Assembly: GCF_018977255.1 (NCBI RefSeq)
Contig: NW_024704742.1
Span: 12,030,001-12,094,000, forward strand
DNA: 64,000 nucleotides
Direction of reading: 5' to 3'
DNA from: Callorhinchus milii
Taxonomy: Eukaryota
Shown: piece by piece, positions 63,335-64,000 of the stretch
Position numbering within the stretch: the first letter of the stretch is position 1
How the letters are laid out: each line of letters opens with the position of its first letter
Program-made: the position numbers and the translations under genes
The notes under the pieces: generated by a model
Database searches by the model: none
Seen by the model: the letters and a program-made list of their open reading frames with translations, nothing else
What the model was told of the DNA's origin: nothing

Positions 63335-63705
63335 TTCTGCCTCCACCCTCCTGAACTCCCTCCACTCCCTTCCACCGCCCACACATTTAAAGCCTGTCTT
63401 AAGACTCATCTTTTTCGATCATGCTTTCGGTCATCTGTCTCTCCCACGCCCGATTCAGATGGCCAGTCAACCGTGAAAAGCACTTTGAGACATCTTTCCA
63501 ACGTTAAAACTCCCTCCCTTACCTCTTCAAGACGCATCTCAAAACTCTTCTCTTCGACTGAGCTTACAGCCACCCTCCTAGCCTCCCTGTCCTTCACTCC
63601 CCCCGATCCCGACCCCCAGCTCGGGTCTAAATCCCTGACTGTCCAGTACCTTGGGACGTCCTCCTGACGTGAATGGCGCTATTCAAATGTAATTTTGTAT
63701 TGTAT
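63335..63705 (+). mobile_element. Two tandem L2 3' ends
   Basis: Tails at ~63480-63505 and 'cttgggacgtcctcctgacgtgaatggcgctattcaaatg'. Confidence 0.82.
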
Positions 63706-64000
63706 TATATGTAAATTGTAGTTTCCATGATGGGCCTAGCAGAAATATAAACACATTGGCCTGCATTGAACAGAAATCTAAACTGGGTTATCAATAATAC
63801 AATATTTCCTCTTATTTCAGACTTTCAGGATTCCATTTTACTTTCTTCTCTCTGCAGCAAATAATCAATGAAGTGCAGTCAGAAATGATCAAGTGTTTTA
63901 CACTACAATCTGTTTATAATGATCTTCCCCCTCTCTTAATGAGATTGAGAATAATAAATCCTACTGATCTGGAAGTGCAGCTTGCGCATAAAGTGATCAT

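Noticed and set aside
1..64000. CRISPR arrays, rRNA or prokaryotic systems
   Set aside because: No repeat-spacer array or rRNA-like sequence; the content is vertebrate interspersed repeats.

Overview
Repeat-dense vertebrate DNA. The repeat inventory (CR1 and L2 LINEs, a tRNA-derived SINE sharing the L2 tail, Deu-domain SINEs, Penelope-type palindromes) suggests a cartilaginous fish, possibly a chimaera; that assignment is inference. No host protein-coding gene is securely identifiable, and nearly all listed ORFs are decayed LINE fragments, SINE read-through or simple-repeat artefacts. Main unexplained structure: segment 3721-9309 is inverted relative to its flanks, splitting one CR1 element within ORF1 and separating its 7-bp target-site duplication. 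After a 25-N gap, a 1441-bp copy of the left flank (9335-10775) joins the satellite directly, as if the same segment were deleted. This is either a structural polymorphism or an assembly artefact. Other signals: two palindromic Penelope-type inserts with decayed hammerhead cores, three solo LTRs with 4-bp TSDs (two share a perfect 48-bp block), a (CAT)n/(ATG)n fold-back microsatellite, a locally templated inverted insertion, a ~167-bp duplication flanking a SINE, and two duplicated candidate terminal exons (GQIQFFKGG* / GQIPIFRGG*). Repeat boundaries were read by eye and are approximate unless a TSD is quoted.
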